From NCBI RefSeq assembly GCF_040372045.1, contig NZ_BAABWH010000008.1: DNA of 32,000 bases. One strand, given 5' to 3'. A program made the position numbers and the translations under genes. Below the pieces are notes generated by a model. The model was not told the origin of the DNA. It searched no databases and saw only the letters and a program-made list of their open reading frames with translations. Positions 1 to 8,164 of the stretch are shown here, in pieces (within the stretch, counting starts at the first letter, position 1; each line of letters opens with the position of its first letter). The stretch comes from Thalassolituus maritimus (GTDB lineage Bacteria; Pseudomonadota; Gammaproteobacteria; Pseudomonadales; Oceanobacteraceae).

Positions 1-557
1 TGACCATGGTAGAAGCCATCCTGAAGTACAATCCGGATATGGACGCGGACGTACTAAATAACGCCGAAGCTAACCTGGAAACTCTGAAAGAGTACGCGAA
101 GAAAGTAGGCGTTCCACAGTCTGAAAAGCAGGCAGCTTGGGGGGCGGGTAAATACATCTGCGAAATCTTTGAAGAAACCGCAGAAGAAAAACTCGATCAG
201 CCAACTTTTATTACCGAGTACCCGTGGGAAGTTTCACCACTGGCACGTCGCAACGACAATAACCCGTTTGTGACCGACCGTTTCGAATTCTTCGTTGGTG
301 GCCGTGAGCTGGCAAACGGCTTCTCGGAATTGAATGACGCCGAAGATCAGGCTGCACGCTTCCGCAAACAGGTTGAAGAGAAAGACGCGGGTGACGACGA
401 GGCAATGCACTACGACGCCGACTACGTACAGGCGTTGGAATACGGTATGCCACCGACTGCCGGTGAAGGGATTGGTATTGACCGTCTGGTGATGCTGTTT
501 ACAGACTCACATACTATTAAAGACGTGATTCTGTTCCCGCACATGAAGCCTCTCTGA
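1..557 (+). CDS. lysS: Lysyl-tRNA synthetase, C-terminal part (5'-truncated by the window edge; reading frame starts at base 3)
   Basis: The ORF 6..557 translation ends with [39 protein letters not shown], a class II aaRS motif-3 region typical of the LysRS C-terminus. [19 protein letters not shown] is typical of the LysRS catalytic core. Confidence 0.9.
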   Translation, partial: TMVEAILKYNPDMDADVLNNAEANLETLKEYAKKVGVPQSEKQAAWGAGKYICEIFEETAEEKLDQPTFITEYPWEVSPLARRNDNNPFVTDRFEFFVGGRELANGFSELNDAEDQAARFRKQVEEKDAGDDEAMHYDADYVQALEYGMPPTAGEGIGIDRLVMLFTDSHTIKDVILFPHMKPL

Positions 558-572
558 GGCTAGCTTAGGGAA

Positions 573-897
573 ATCGCGCATAGCCAGGCAAGCTGGCTGA
601 AGCGCTCCTACGAGAATATGAAATCAAATACCGTAGGAGCGCAACGCGAAGCTTGCGCGATTATTTAGCACATAGGCAGGCAGGCTGGCTGAAGCGCTCC
701 TACAGGTTTACTACGTATTCCTGTGTAGGAGCTCAACGCGAAGCTTGAGCGATCATTTCGCGCATATATCGCACATAGCCAGGCAAGCTGGCTGAAGCGC
801 TCCTACGAGGTGAATTACGTTACCGATGTAGGAGGGGATCTTATCCCCGATCATGCATTGTGGGAGCGAATCAGCCGAAGGCTATTCGCGATGATTA
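573..897. repeat. REP/REPIN-like hairpin repeat array 1 (about 3 units plus degenerate ends)
   Basis: The modules CATAGCCAG(G/A)CAAGCTGGCTGAAGCGCTCCTAC and GTAGGAGC(G/T)CAACGCGAAGCTTG(C/A)GCGAT recur in alternating orientation with roughly 21-nt linkers. Each carries a short GC hairpin: AGCCAG..CTGGCT, GCTCAA..TTGAGC, GCGCAA..TTGCGC and GCGAAT..ATTCGC. The same family recurs at 1617-2300. Confidence 0.85.
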
Positions 898-923
898 GCG
901 GCCTGATTTAAGAGCATAAAACC

Positions 924-1601
924 ATGACCATACCCGGTGAACTCCATCCTTCTTGGCAGGCTGTATTGGGTGACCAATTTGATCAACCTTACATGCAGTC
1001 ACTACGCGATTTCCTGAAAGCTGAAAAAGCCGCAGAAAAAATCATCTTCCCGCCGGGGCATCTTATTTTTAATGCCTTTAGTCACACGCCTTTTGATCAG
1101 ACCCGTGTCGTGATTATTGGTCAGGACCCGTACCACGGACCTGATCAGGCAATGGGGTTGAGTTTCTCTGTGCCGCAAGGCGTAAAAGTCCCGCCTTCTC
1201 TGGTGAATATCTTTAAAGAAATTAATCAGGATCTGGGTTTAACCATGAGTGGTAGTGGCGATCTGACCCCTTGGGCAGATCAAGGGGTGTTGTTATTAAA
1301 CGCAACCCTTACGGTTGAGCAGGCAAATGCAGGTTCGCATCAGAAGAAAGGTTGGGAGACCTTTACCGATGCCGCGATTACCGCGTTAAATAATCAGCGC
1401 GAAGGGTTGGTGTTTGTTTTGTGGGGCAGTTATGCGCAAAAGAAAGGCGCATTTATTGATCGACAAAAGCATCTGGTTTTGCAGTCGCCGCATCCCTCGC
1501 CGTTGTCAGCGCATCGTGGGTTTTTCGGTAACCGACAGTTTTCGACGATAAATAATTATCTGATTGAGCGCGGCGAGCAGCCGATTGACTGGCAGCTGTA
1601 A
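924..1601 (+). CDS. ung: Uracil-DNA glycosylase (family 1)
   Basis: 225 aa. It carries the catalytic motif [18 protein letters not shown] and the C-terminal HPSPLSA motif, and the length is typical of Ung. Confidence 0.95.
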   Translation: MTIPGELHPSWQAVLGDQFDQPYMQSLRDFLKAEKAAEKIIFPPGHLIFNAFSHTPFDQTRVVIIGQDPYHGPDQAMGLSFSVPQGVKVPPSLVNIFKEINQDLGLTMSGSGDLTPWADQGVLLLNATLTVEQANAGSHQKKGWETFTDAAITALNNQREGLVFVLWGSYAQKKGAFIDRQKHLVLQSPHPSPLSAHRGFFGNRQFSTINNYLIERGEQPIDWQL

Positions 1602-1616
1602 CGGCTTTTTGTAAGA

Positions 1617-2300
1617 GGGGGTCTTATCCCCGAAAGTGGTCAGGTTAATCAGGCTGTCGGGAAGAAGCTTCCCTCTTACAGGTTTAATACGTACTCCTGT
1701 GTAGGAGCTCAACGCGAAGCTTGAGCGATCATTTCGCGCATACATCGCGCATACATCGCACATATCGCACATATCGCGCATAGCCAGACAAGCTGGCTGA
1801 AGCGCTCCTACAGATTTAATACGTATTCCTATGTAGGAGCTCAACGCGAAGCTTGAGCGATCATTTCGCGCATATATCGCGCATAGCCAGACAAGTTGGC
1901 TGAAGCGCTCCTACAGGTTTACTACGTATTCCTGTGTAGGAGCTCAACGCGAAGCTTGAGCGATCATTTCGCGCACATATCGCACATATCGCGCATAGCC
2001 AGACAAGCTGGCTGAAGCGCTCCTACAGGTTTACTACGTATTCCTGTGTAGGAGCTCAACGCGAAGCTTGAGCGATCATTTCGCGCATATATCGCGCATA
2101 GCCAGACAAGCTAGCTAAAGCGCTCCTACAGGTTTAATACGTACTCCTGTGTAGGAGCTCAACGCGAAACTTGAGCGATCATTTCGCGCACATATCGCAC
2201 ATATCGCACATATCGCACATATCGCACATATCGCGCATAGCCAGACAAGCTGGCTGAAGCGCTCCTACGAGGTGAACCACGTTACCGGTGTAGCAGGGAA
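1617..2300. repeat. REP/REPIN-like hairpin repeat array 2 (5 full units plus degenerate ends)
   Basis: GTAGGAGCTCAACGCGAA(G/A)CTTGAGCGATCATTTCGCG starts at 1701, 1843, 1936, 2048 and 2151, giving periods of 142, 93, 112 and 103 bp. Each is followed by a (CACATATCG)n tract, then CGCATAGCCAGACAAGCTGGCTGAAGCGCTCCTAC and a conserved 21-nt linker (AGGTTTACTACGTATTCCTGT and variants). The terminal segment CTCCTACGAGGTGAA..ACGTTACCG.TGTAG is shared with array 1. Confidence 0.9.
2189..2233. repeat. Perfect 9-bp tandem repeat (CACATATCG)x5 nested in the last REP unit
   Basis: Counted directly: five contiguous perfect copies at 2189-2233. The same position in other units holds about 4 imperfect copies (1739-1776), 2 copies (unit at 1936) or 1 copy (units at 1843 and 2048, and in array 1). 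Confidence 0.9.
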
Positions 2301-2308
2301 GCATCCAC

Positions 2309-4330
2309 TCACAGCGGCTTCCTAACATAAAATTGATACATGCCCGCAAACAGCGCCGGTTCAATTTGCTCTAACGTATGCCAGTCATTCAGCGTTAAGT
2401 TTTTAGGCGGCAGTCGCAATACTTTTTCAGCTAATTTCTGTGCGCCTGCTGGTGGCACAATCCCGATCCACTCCAGATTGGCGGAGTCCACTAAACGACG
2501 CACTTCCTGTAAATCGAAAGTATGCTCCTGAGTGTGGAACAGTAAATCGCGCACTGAGCTCATGCTGTAAAAATCAGGTGACTGAATAATCGCGTCCCAG
2601 CGTCCATTTCCCTGTTGTAGAAGAGCTTCACGGACAGTGCGTATGTCCTGCTCATTGTCTGGGATGGCATATTTCAATTCTTCTCTGAGCTCATTAATCA
2701 GGGTACGAGCCCGTCGGCTGTACAGTGCAATTTTCATCACACCACCTGGTCGTAATGAATTTGTCAGAGCGCGTAACCCGGCTTCCGGATGCTCCATGTG
2801 ATGCAGCACACCAGAGCTTTCGATGACGTCGAACTCTTCTCCTAGTCGATTTATTAACAGCAAATCGCCCTGAATAAAGTCGACTGGCAGCCCATAGCGT
2901 TCTGACTGATATTGAGCATACCCAAGTGATGATAGGCTGAGGTCGAGTGCGGTAACGTCCATGCGATGAAAATAGCGTTTCAGCCTGAGCGCATGACGAC
3001 CGGTACCGCAGCCAGCAATTAATACTTTGATAGGACCGGATGCCGGCTGCAGGTTATTTAGCTTGCCGGGAAACAGAGCCTGTAATGAGCCGTAATAATC
3101 GTTTTTCTGATTGTAGCCAAGGCTTGTCCAGCGTGGATAAGGGTGCTCTTCGTATTGTTGTTGGACTTTATCCGAAACCGAGTCACTACTGGCTCCTAAA
3201 GAGGGAATTGCACTGCGAAGTCGGGAGATGTACTCCGGCTGGATAAGGCAAGCCTGCATGAGCTCTCGCAAGTCTTCTGGCCACACTAGTTGACGCTCGG
3301 TCAACTGGGCACAGCAAGGTGCCTTCCGCAGCGGCTGATACATCATAGTGAGCAGCAGAATAGCGCTGAGGTCACGGGCTTCCAGCGTGGGTATCTGAAG
3401 AATGCGGTCTGCCAGCTGGTTTAACTGGGATACGAGCTGCTGCTCTTGCTGAGTAATAAACCAGACCGATTCGTTTAATTCGCATTGAGCTGCCAGAGCA
3501 ATCACCAATGGCATGTACTCTGACTTGATAGCGAGATCACGAGAGCTGGTCAAAAGCAGGCTTTGTCGCAGTGTCAGCAATAAGCGCTCAATCAACGGAT
3601 CGCAGAAATGAAAACGGCTCATGGCCTTCAGCAATAGGGGATCAGCCGCAATATTTTCTGGCTCAACCGGGCATCCGGCTTCCGTCAGATGGAGTTTGTG
3701 CGTTAGTAGTGACGTTGTCAGACTTCTTAGTTGGCTATGGTCTACGTCATCAAATTCAAACCATCGCAGCAGTTCAGCCTCCAACTCCTGCGAATAGAAA
3801 TCCGCAACAATATAGCTCGCAGCCTCGAACAGTTTATTCCTCACTTGGGTGTCATCGGAGCGTGTTTTGATTAGCTCCCGATAAAGCTGAAAGGCTTCGA
3901 GATACTCACCCTGCAGCAGGCGGATATGAGCCAGATACAGAGGCGCTTTCGTACTCGTCCGGGAAATGCGGGTGGCATGTGCAAAGTAGTCCGCTGCGAC
4001 TTCAAGCCGGCCTTCATTGAGTGCGAGATGCCCAGCACTGTACAACAGACCTGTACTTTCTGGCTTGATGGAGAGCCCGGTATCCAACCAATGATGCGCT
4101 TCTTTGAACTCGCCACGTCGCATAGCAATCCGTGCAAGCAGGTTAATGCCGGGTATGTAGTCGCTGTCCGCTTGCCACGCTTGATACGCCAGTTCGGCAG
4201 CCTGAACCAGCATGGCGCGATTGTTCGCGCGGCTGGCTTCGTTATAGCAACGGCTTGCCTCAGTAAGCAGACTGCGGTGGTCTGTTTGACGCGCTCGATC
4301 AAGACGGGTTGTAGTTTGGACGCTGGCCAT
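2309..4330 (-). CDS. TPR-repeat protein fused to a class I SAM-dependent methyltransferase (673 aa); substrate unknown
   Basis: The N-terminal ~170 aa have a TPR-like helical-repeat pattern (AELAYQAWQADSDYIPGINLLARIAMRRGEFKEAHHWLDTGLSIKP..). The C-terminus has MTase motif I VLIAGCGTGRHALRL, then DVIESSGVLHHMEHP and LRPGGVMKIALYS. An AAGAGG RBS lies 8 nt upstream of the ATG at 4330. Confidence 0.8.
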   Translation of the reverse strand: MASVQTTTRLDRARQTDHRSLLTEASRCYNEASRANNRAMLVQAAELAYQAWQADSDYIPGINLLARIAMRRGEFKEAHHWLDTGLSIKPESTGLLYSAGHLALNEGRLEVAADYFAHATRISRTSTKAPLYLAHIRLLQGEYLEAFQLYRELIKTRSDDTQVRNKLFEAASYIVADFYSQELEAELLRWFEFDDVDHSQLRSLTTSLLTHKLHLTEAGCPVEPENIAADPLLLKAMSRFHFCDPLIERLLLTLRQSLLLTSSRDLAIKSEYMPLVIALAAQCELNESVWFITQQEQQLVSQLNQLADRILQIPTLEARDLSAILLLTMMYQPLRKAPCCAQLTERQLVWPEDLRELMQACLIQPEYISRLRSAIPSLGASSDSVSDKVQQQYEEHPYPRWTSLGYNQKNDYYGSLQALFPGKLNNLQPASGPIKVLIAGCGTGRHALRLKRYFHRMDVTALDLSLSSLGYAQYQSERYGLPVDFIQGDLLLINRLGEEFDVIESSGVLHHMEHPEAGLRALTNSLRPGGVMKIALYSRRARTLINELREELKYAIPDNEQDIRTVREALLQQGNGRWDAIIQSPDFYSMSSVRDLLFHTQEHTFDLQEVRRLVDSANLEWIGIVPPAGAQKLAEKVLRLPPKNLTLNDWHTLEQIEPALFAGMYQFYVRKPL

Positions 4331-4362
4331 CGGACTAACCTCTTAGCATTTACACCCCTTAA

Positions 4363-4378
4363 ATCAAATAACGTGCCA
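4363..4378 (-). promoter_or_regulatory. Near-canonical sigma54 promoter for the TPR-methyltransferase gene (minus strand)
   Basis: The minus strand reads TGGCACGTTATTTGA: TGGCACG, then the correct N spacing, then TTGA where the consensus is TTGC. The -24 element is perfect and the -12 element has GA instead of GC. It lies about 35 nt upstream of the ATG. Confidence 0.35.
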
Positions 4379-4510
4379 TTTTATAAGTTGCTGATTTATA
4401 TGGATTTTATAATTGGTTTGCCGGTGGCAGGCGGTAGGTTGCCGCTGTTTTACGGGCAACACTTTGCCGCTTAGATTTTCGGATTGCGGTGTATTTCTAC
4501 AAAAAGTTAC

Positions 4511-4537
4511 TAAAGTTCTTGGTCAACAGGCCGTCAT
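4511..4537 (+). promoter_or_regulatory. Putative sigma28 (FliA) promoter upstream of fliS
   Basis: TAAAGTTC-N11-GCCGTCAT compared with the enteric consensus TAAAGTTT-N11-GCCGATAA. The -35 matches 7/8, the spacer is exact and the -10 matches 5/8. It sits about 65 nt upstream of the preferred fliS start. Confidence 0.4.
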
Positions 4538-4600
4538 AAGAAATATCACATGGTTAAGTGCGCCCTGATGTTTGGGCCGCTATTGGCAGGAGATTTGTTT

Positions 4601-5059
4601 ATGTATCAATCGGGCGCGTCGCAATACCAGAAGGTTAACGTTACGTCAGAAGTTCTCGATGCAGATCCTCATCGTCTTATTCAGTTGCTGATGGAAGCCG
4701 CATTGACACGTATGGCCCAGGCGAAAGGTGCGATTCAGCGTAAAGATATGCAGGAGAAAGCCAGCTTACTTGGTCGGGTAAACGAAATTATTCAGACTCT
4801 GCAATCCAGCCTTGATCACAATCAGGGTGGCGATCTTGCGGGTAATCTTGATCGGTTGTACGACTACATGGTTCGCCGTTTGCTGGAAGCCAGCGGAAAA
4901 AACAGCACAGACATGATCGATGAAGTGATGGGTCTGATGCTTGAAGTGAAAACTGGCTGGGACGGTATCCGACAAGAATATCTTGAAAGCGTACACGGTG
5001 TTCGTAAAGAAACCGACGATGGCGCACCCGGTCGACTTTCTAGCTCTGTATCTGCTTGA
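4601..5059 (+). CDS. fliS: Flagellin-specific export chaperone FliS
   Basis: MYQSGASQYQKVNVTSEVLDADPHRLIQLLMEAALTRMAQAKGAI matches the typical FliS N-terminus. The start at 4601 is preferred over the ORF-track start at 4550: an AGGAG RBS lies 8 nt upstream, and the sigma28-like promoter would leave 4550 leaderless. Confidence 0.85.
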   Translation: MYQSGASQYQKVNVTSEVLDADPHRLIQLLMEAALTRMAQAKGAIQRKDMQEKASLLGRVNEIIQTLQSSLDHNQGGDLAGNLDRLYDYMVRRLLEASGKNSTDMIDEVMGLMLEVKTGWDGIRQEYLESVHGVRKETDDGAPGRLSSSVSA

Positions 5060-5095
5060 TATAGCGCGAATTTTTATTTCTGTGCGACATCCTTT

Positions 5096-5119
5096 GCCCT
5101 CTTTAAGAGGGCTTTTTAT
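5096..5119 (+). terminator. Rho-independent terminator after fliS
   Basis: The hairpin GCCCTCT-TTA-AGAGGGC is followed by TTTTTATT. Confidence 0.7.
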
Positions 5120-5202
5120 TGTCCTTCGACGACAAAAATGGCTTTTTATTCCTACTAAAGTCGCAATTTTGAGCTGACTGGATAAGTTTTAACGTCAGAA
5201 GT

Positions 5203-5231
5203 TTGACTTAGTCGCATTTTGATACTTAACT
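5203..5231 (+). promoter_or_regulatory. Candidate sigma70 promoter for fleQ
   Basis: TTGACT, a 17-nt spacer, then TTAACT (weak -10, 3/6). It lies about 70 nt upstream of the fleQ ATG. Pattern match only. Confidence 0.3.
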
Positions 5232-5301
5232 GAAAAAAGGGAAGTCAATCGAATGGCGTCACACGCGCTATTCAATGTTCATTGAGGGTAGGTCATCATC
5301 C

Positions 5302-6759
5302 ATGTGGCGAGAAATCAAAATTTTACTTGTCGATGATAACGAGCAACGCCGACACGATTTGCAGGTGATTCTGGATTTCTTAGGTGAGGAAGTCATCGTT
5401 GCTGGTTCTTCGGAATGGCGCCAGCAGGCTGAGTCTGCGGTCGAAGAAAGTACAGAAATCAGTGCAGTGATTCTGGGGGATTGTCAGAATCAGTCATTGG
5501 ATTCGGTGCTGGATGCCATGCTGGGTTGGGATAAGGGACTGCCGTTTTTGTATGTGGGTAGCCAGACTCAACCTGAAGACCTTCCTGAAAATCTACGTCG
5601 TGGCATTCTTGCCACGCTGGCCATGCCGCCCAGCTACAACAAAATGCTGGATAGTTTGCATCGTTGCCAGGTATTCCGTGAGCAATACACACACAACCGC
5701 AGCCGCGGTGAGCGTCGCGAAGTTCAGCTGTTCCGCAGCCTTGTCGGAACCAGCCGCCAGATTCAGCACGTACGAGAGCTGATCATGCAGGTCGCTGATA
5801 AAGACGTGAGCGTTATGATTCAGGGCGAAAGCGGAACCGGTAAAGAAGTTGTCGCGCGTAACCTTCATTACCATTCACATCGCCGTAACAAGCCATTTGT
5901 GCCGGTAAACTGTGGTGCTATTCCCGCTGAGCTTCTCGAAAGTGAGCTGTTCGGGCATGAGAAAGGTGCTTTCACCGGAGCTATCAACAGCCGTCCGGGT
6001 CGTTTCGAGCTGGCTGAAGGCGGGACGCTGTTTCTGGACGAGATTGGCGATATGCCACTTAACATGCAGGTTAAGATTCTGCGCGTTCTGCAGGAGCATA
6101 CTTTTGAGCGTGTAGGCAGCAACAAGACGCTGAAGGCGAACGTGCGTGTGATCGCTGCGACGCATAAAAATCTCGAGAAGATGATTGAAGAGGGGACGTT
6201 CCGTGAGGATCTGTACTACCGACTGAATGTCTTCCCAATTGATATGCCTTCCCTGCGGGAGCGTGTCGAAGATTTACCGCTGCTTCTGAATGAGTTGATC
6301 TCACGTCTTGAGAATGAAAAGCGTGGCTCCATCCGTTTTAATTCAGCAGCGATTATGTCGCTCTGCCGCCACGAGTGGCACGGTAACGTCCGTGAGCTGG
6401 CAAACCTGGTCGAACGTCTGGCGATTCTGCATCCGTACGGTGTGATTGGTGTTAACGAACTACCGAAGAAATTCCGTCACGTTGATGAGGACGACGAGCA
6501 GTACACACCGCCAGTTGTTGCTGATGTCACGCAAAATGAAGGACTTGCGGGGGTCGATAGTCCTGCGTTGCTGCCGGTTAACGGCCTTGATTTACGTGAG
6601 TATCTGTCCGACCTTGAATGCTCTCTGATTCAGCAAGCGCTTGACGATGCGAATGGCGTAGTGGCCCGCGCGGCTGAGAAGCTGAGCATTCGTCGTACTA
6701 CGCTGGTAGAGAAAATGCGTAAGTACAACATCAATCGAAAAGAGAAAGACATGGCCTGA
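5302..6759 (+). CDS. fleQ: Sigma54-dependent flagellar master regulator FleQ (FleQ/FlrA family bEBP)
   Basis: The N-terminus [30 protein letters not shown] closely resembles the Pseudomonas FleQ N-terminus as recalled. It has AAA+ Walker A GESGTGKE, the sigma54-contact motif GAFTGA, Walker [11 protein letters not shown] and a C-terminal HTH ([15 protein letters not shown]). Start taken at M10 of the listed ORF. Confidence 0.9.
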   Translation: MWREIKILLVDDNEQRRHDLQVILDFLGEEVIVAGSSEWRQQAESAVEESTEISAVILGDCQNQSLDSVLDAMLGWDKGLPFLYVGSQTQPEDLPENLRRGILATLAMPPSYNKMLDSLHRCQVFREQYTHNRSRGERREVQLFRSLVGTSRQIQHVRELIMQVADKDVSVMIQGESGTGKEVVARNLHYHSHRRNKPFVPVNCGAIPAELLESELFGHEKGAFTGAINSRPGRFELAEGGTLFLDEIGDMPLNMQVKILRVLQEHTFERVGSNKTLKANVRVIAATHKNLEKMIEEGTFREDLYYRLNVFPIDMPSLRERVEDLPLLLNELISRLENEKRGSIRFNSAAIMSLCRHEWHGNVRELANLVERLAILHPYGVIGVNELPKKFRHVDEDDEQYTPPVVADVTQNEGLAGVDSPALLPVNGLDLREYLSDLECSLIQQALDDANGVVARAAEKLSIRRTTLVEKMRKYNINRKEKDMA

Positions 6760-6781
6760 GCGCTGAGTCATTTCTACGAGT

Positions 6782-6809
6782 AGCCCGCCCTGTGCGGGCT
6801 ATTTTTTTA
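6782..6809 (+). terminator. Rho-independent terminator after fleQ
   Basis: AGCCCGC-CCTGT-GCGGGCT (7-bp GC-rich stem) followed by ATTTTTTTAT. Confidence 0.8.
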
Positions 6810-6870
6810 TCTGCTTCTTACCAGCCTTAGCAGCTGTCATTCCTACTTGTGCAGTGTCTTAGCCAACCTA

Positions 6871-6886
6871 TGGCACGCTAATTGCC
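6871..6886 (+). promoter_or_regulatory. Sigma54 promoter of fleSR
   Basis: TGGCACGCTAATTGCC fits TGGCAC-N5-TTGC exactly, with GG at 6872-6873 and GC at 6884-6885 (N10 between). Confidence 0.8.
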
Positions 6887-6942
6887 CAATACCCATTAGT
6901 GACATTTTTCCGCCGCATTTTTGGCGAACTGATGAGGTATTT

Positions 6943-8142
6943 ATGGCGAGCGTAGCATTAACTTCGGTTCAGGATGATCAACAGCCGCTAGACCCGGTCG
7001 AGCTGAAGCGCGCATTCAATATGTTTAATGAGATGTCGCAGCAGCTTACTGATTCGTACGCTTTCCTCGAAAACAAAGTCGAGCAGCTCAGCGGTGAACT
7101 GGCGACGGTATCAGCGCAGCGAATGAACGAGCTGGCTGAAAAAGAGCGCCTGGCAGACCGTCTTGAAAGCCTGCTGCAAATGCTACCCGCAGGCGTGCTC
7201 CTATTGGATGAGTACGGTGTCATCGTGCAGAGTAATCCTGCCGCTGAGGATCTGCTGTTGGCTGCGTCGGGTGAGGCAACCTTGCTTGGACAGCGCTGGC
7301 GTACGGTGATTCAGCGTTGCTTTAAGCCTCGCCGGGACGATGGACATGAGATTTCTTTGGTTGACGGTCGTCGTGTGAGCTTGCGTACCGCCGCCATGAG
7401 TAATGAGCGTGGGCAGCTTATTCTGTTAACGGATCTGACCGAAACCCGTGCTCTGCAATCTCAACTTGCGCAACATGAACGTTTGTCGGCCATGGGTAAG
7501 ATGGTCGCTTCATTGGCACATCAGATTCGCACGCCACTCGCTGCCGCCACTCTTTACGCAGGCCATCTGCATTCCGATAACCTCGCCGAAGAACATCGTA
7601 TTCGCTTTGCCGGAAAACTGCAGGAGCGTCTGCATCATCTGGAGAGCCAGGTGCGGGATATGCTGATTTTCGCGCGCGGCGAAGCACCGCTTAATGACCA
7701 TGTTCAGGTGTCTGACCTGATTGCCGGGATAGAAGCTGCAATGGAAGTGCCGATGGCTCAGAGCGGCGCAGTATGCACCATCCAGAATGAAGCGGGCGAA
7801 GCAGCACTTATGTGCAATCGCGACTCTTTAATCAGCGCAGTGATGAATCTGATCAACAATGCGCTGGAGTCATGTGAGCATCCTATCGAAATTATTTTAT
7901 GTGTTAATCGTGATGAGCAGGGGCGTCTGCGCATCGCGGTTATGGACAACGGTCCGGGTCTGCCCGACGACAAAAAACACCGCATGATGGAACCCTTCTT
8001 TACCACCAAAAGTAATGGCACAGGCCTTGGGCTGGCGGTTGTTCAGGCGGTCGTCCGGGCGCATCACGGTGACTTTAATTTAACTGACAGTCCACTAGGT
8101 GGGGTGTCTGCCGAATTGTATTTGCCACTGGCTCGTGGCTGA
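6943..8142 (+). CDS. fleS: Flagellar two-component sensor histidine kinase FleS
   Basis: H-box SLAHQIRTPLAA, N-box NLINNALES, G1 DNGPGL, G2 GTGLGLAVV. It is soluble, with a PAS-like N-terminus, and lies between fleQ and fleR. The start at 6943 (GAGG RBS) is preferred because the listed TTG start at 6847 lies upstream of the sigma54 promoter. Confidence 0.85.
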   Translation: MASVALTSVQDDQQPLDPVELKRAFNMFNEMSQQLTDSYAFLENKVEQLSGELATVSAQRMNELAEKERLADRLESLLQMLPAGVLLLDEYGVIVQSNPAAEDLLLAASGEATLLGQRWRTVIQRCFKPRRDDGHEISLVDGRRVSLRTAAMSNERGQLILLTDLTETRALQSQLAQHERLSAMGKMVASLAHQIRTPLAAATLYAGHLHSDNLAEEHRIRFAGKLQERLHHLESQVRDMLIFARGEAPLNDHVQVSDLIAGIEAAMEVPMAQSGAVCTIQNEAGEAALMCNRDSLISAVMNLINNALESCEHPIEIILCVNRDEQGRLRIAVMDNGPGLPDDKKHRMMEPFFTTKSNGTGLGLAVVQAVVRAHHGDFNLTDSPLGGVSAELYLPLARG

Positions 8143-8164
8143 TTGACGTTAGAGAGGAATAAGT

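Noticed and set aside
1506-1844. Minus-strand ORF of 112 aa in the ORF track (contains ..MRDMCDMCDVCAMYARN..)
   Set aside because: It lies almost entirely inside the REP-like repeat array, and its reading frame is generated by the repeats themselves. It also overlaps the 3' end of ung on the opposite strand. It has no RBS and no protein-like composition.
573-2300. Possible CRISPR array, given regularly spaced direct repeats
   Set aside because: The segments between the repeats are themselves conserved (21-nt linkers and the 9-mer tract) rather than being unique spacers. The repeat units alternate in orientation and their periods are irregular (93-142 bp). No cas genes are present. The pattern fits REP/BIME-type elements.
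2179-2364. Minus-strand ORF of 61 aa ending in MCDMCDMCDMCDMCAK
   Set aside because: The MCD repeat is simply the in-frame translation of the 9-bp (CACATATCG)5 tract. The ORF also overlaps the 3' end of the TPR-methyltransferase gene. It is an artefact of the repeat.
3926-4474. Plus-strand ORF of 182 aa (with other plus-strand ORFs at 2340-2531, 3040-3246 and 3571-3870, and a second-frame minus-strand ORF at 3871-4302)
   Set aside because: All are antisense to, or out of frame with, the long TPR-methyltransferase ORF, which has clear domain motifs. Their translations are Arg/Cys/Ser-rich and low-complexity, typical of off-frame ORFs.
4983-5177. 64-aa ORF in the fliS-fleQ spacer, considered as a possible fliT/fleP-like gene
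   Set aside because: It overlaps the 3' end of fliS in another frame and runs straight through the fliS terminator hairpin. It has no RBS and does not resemble a helical chaperone.
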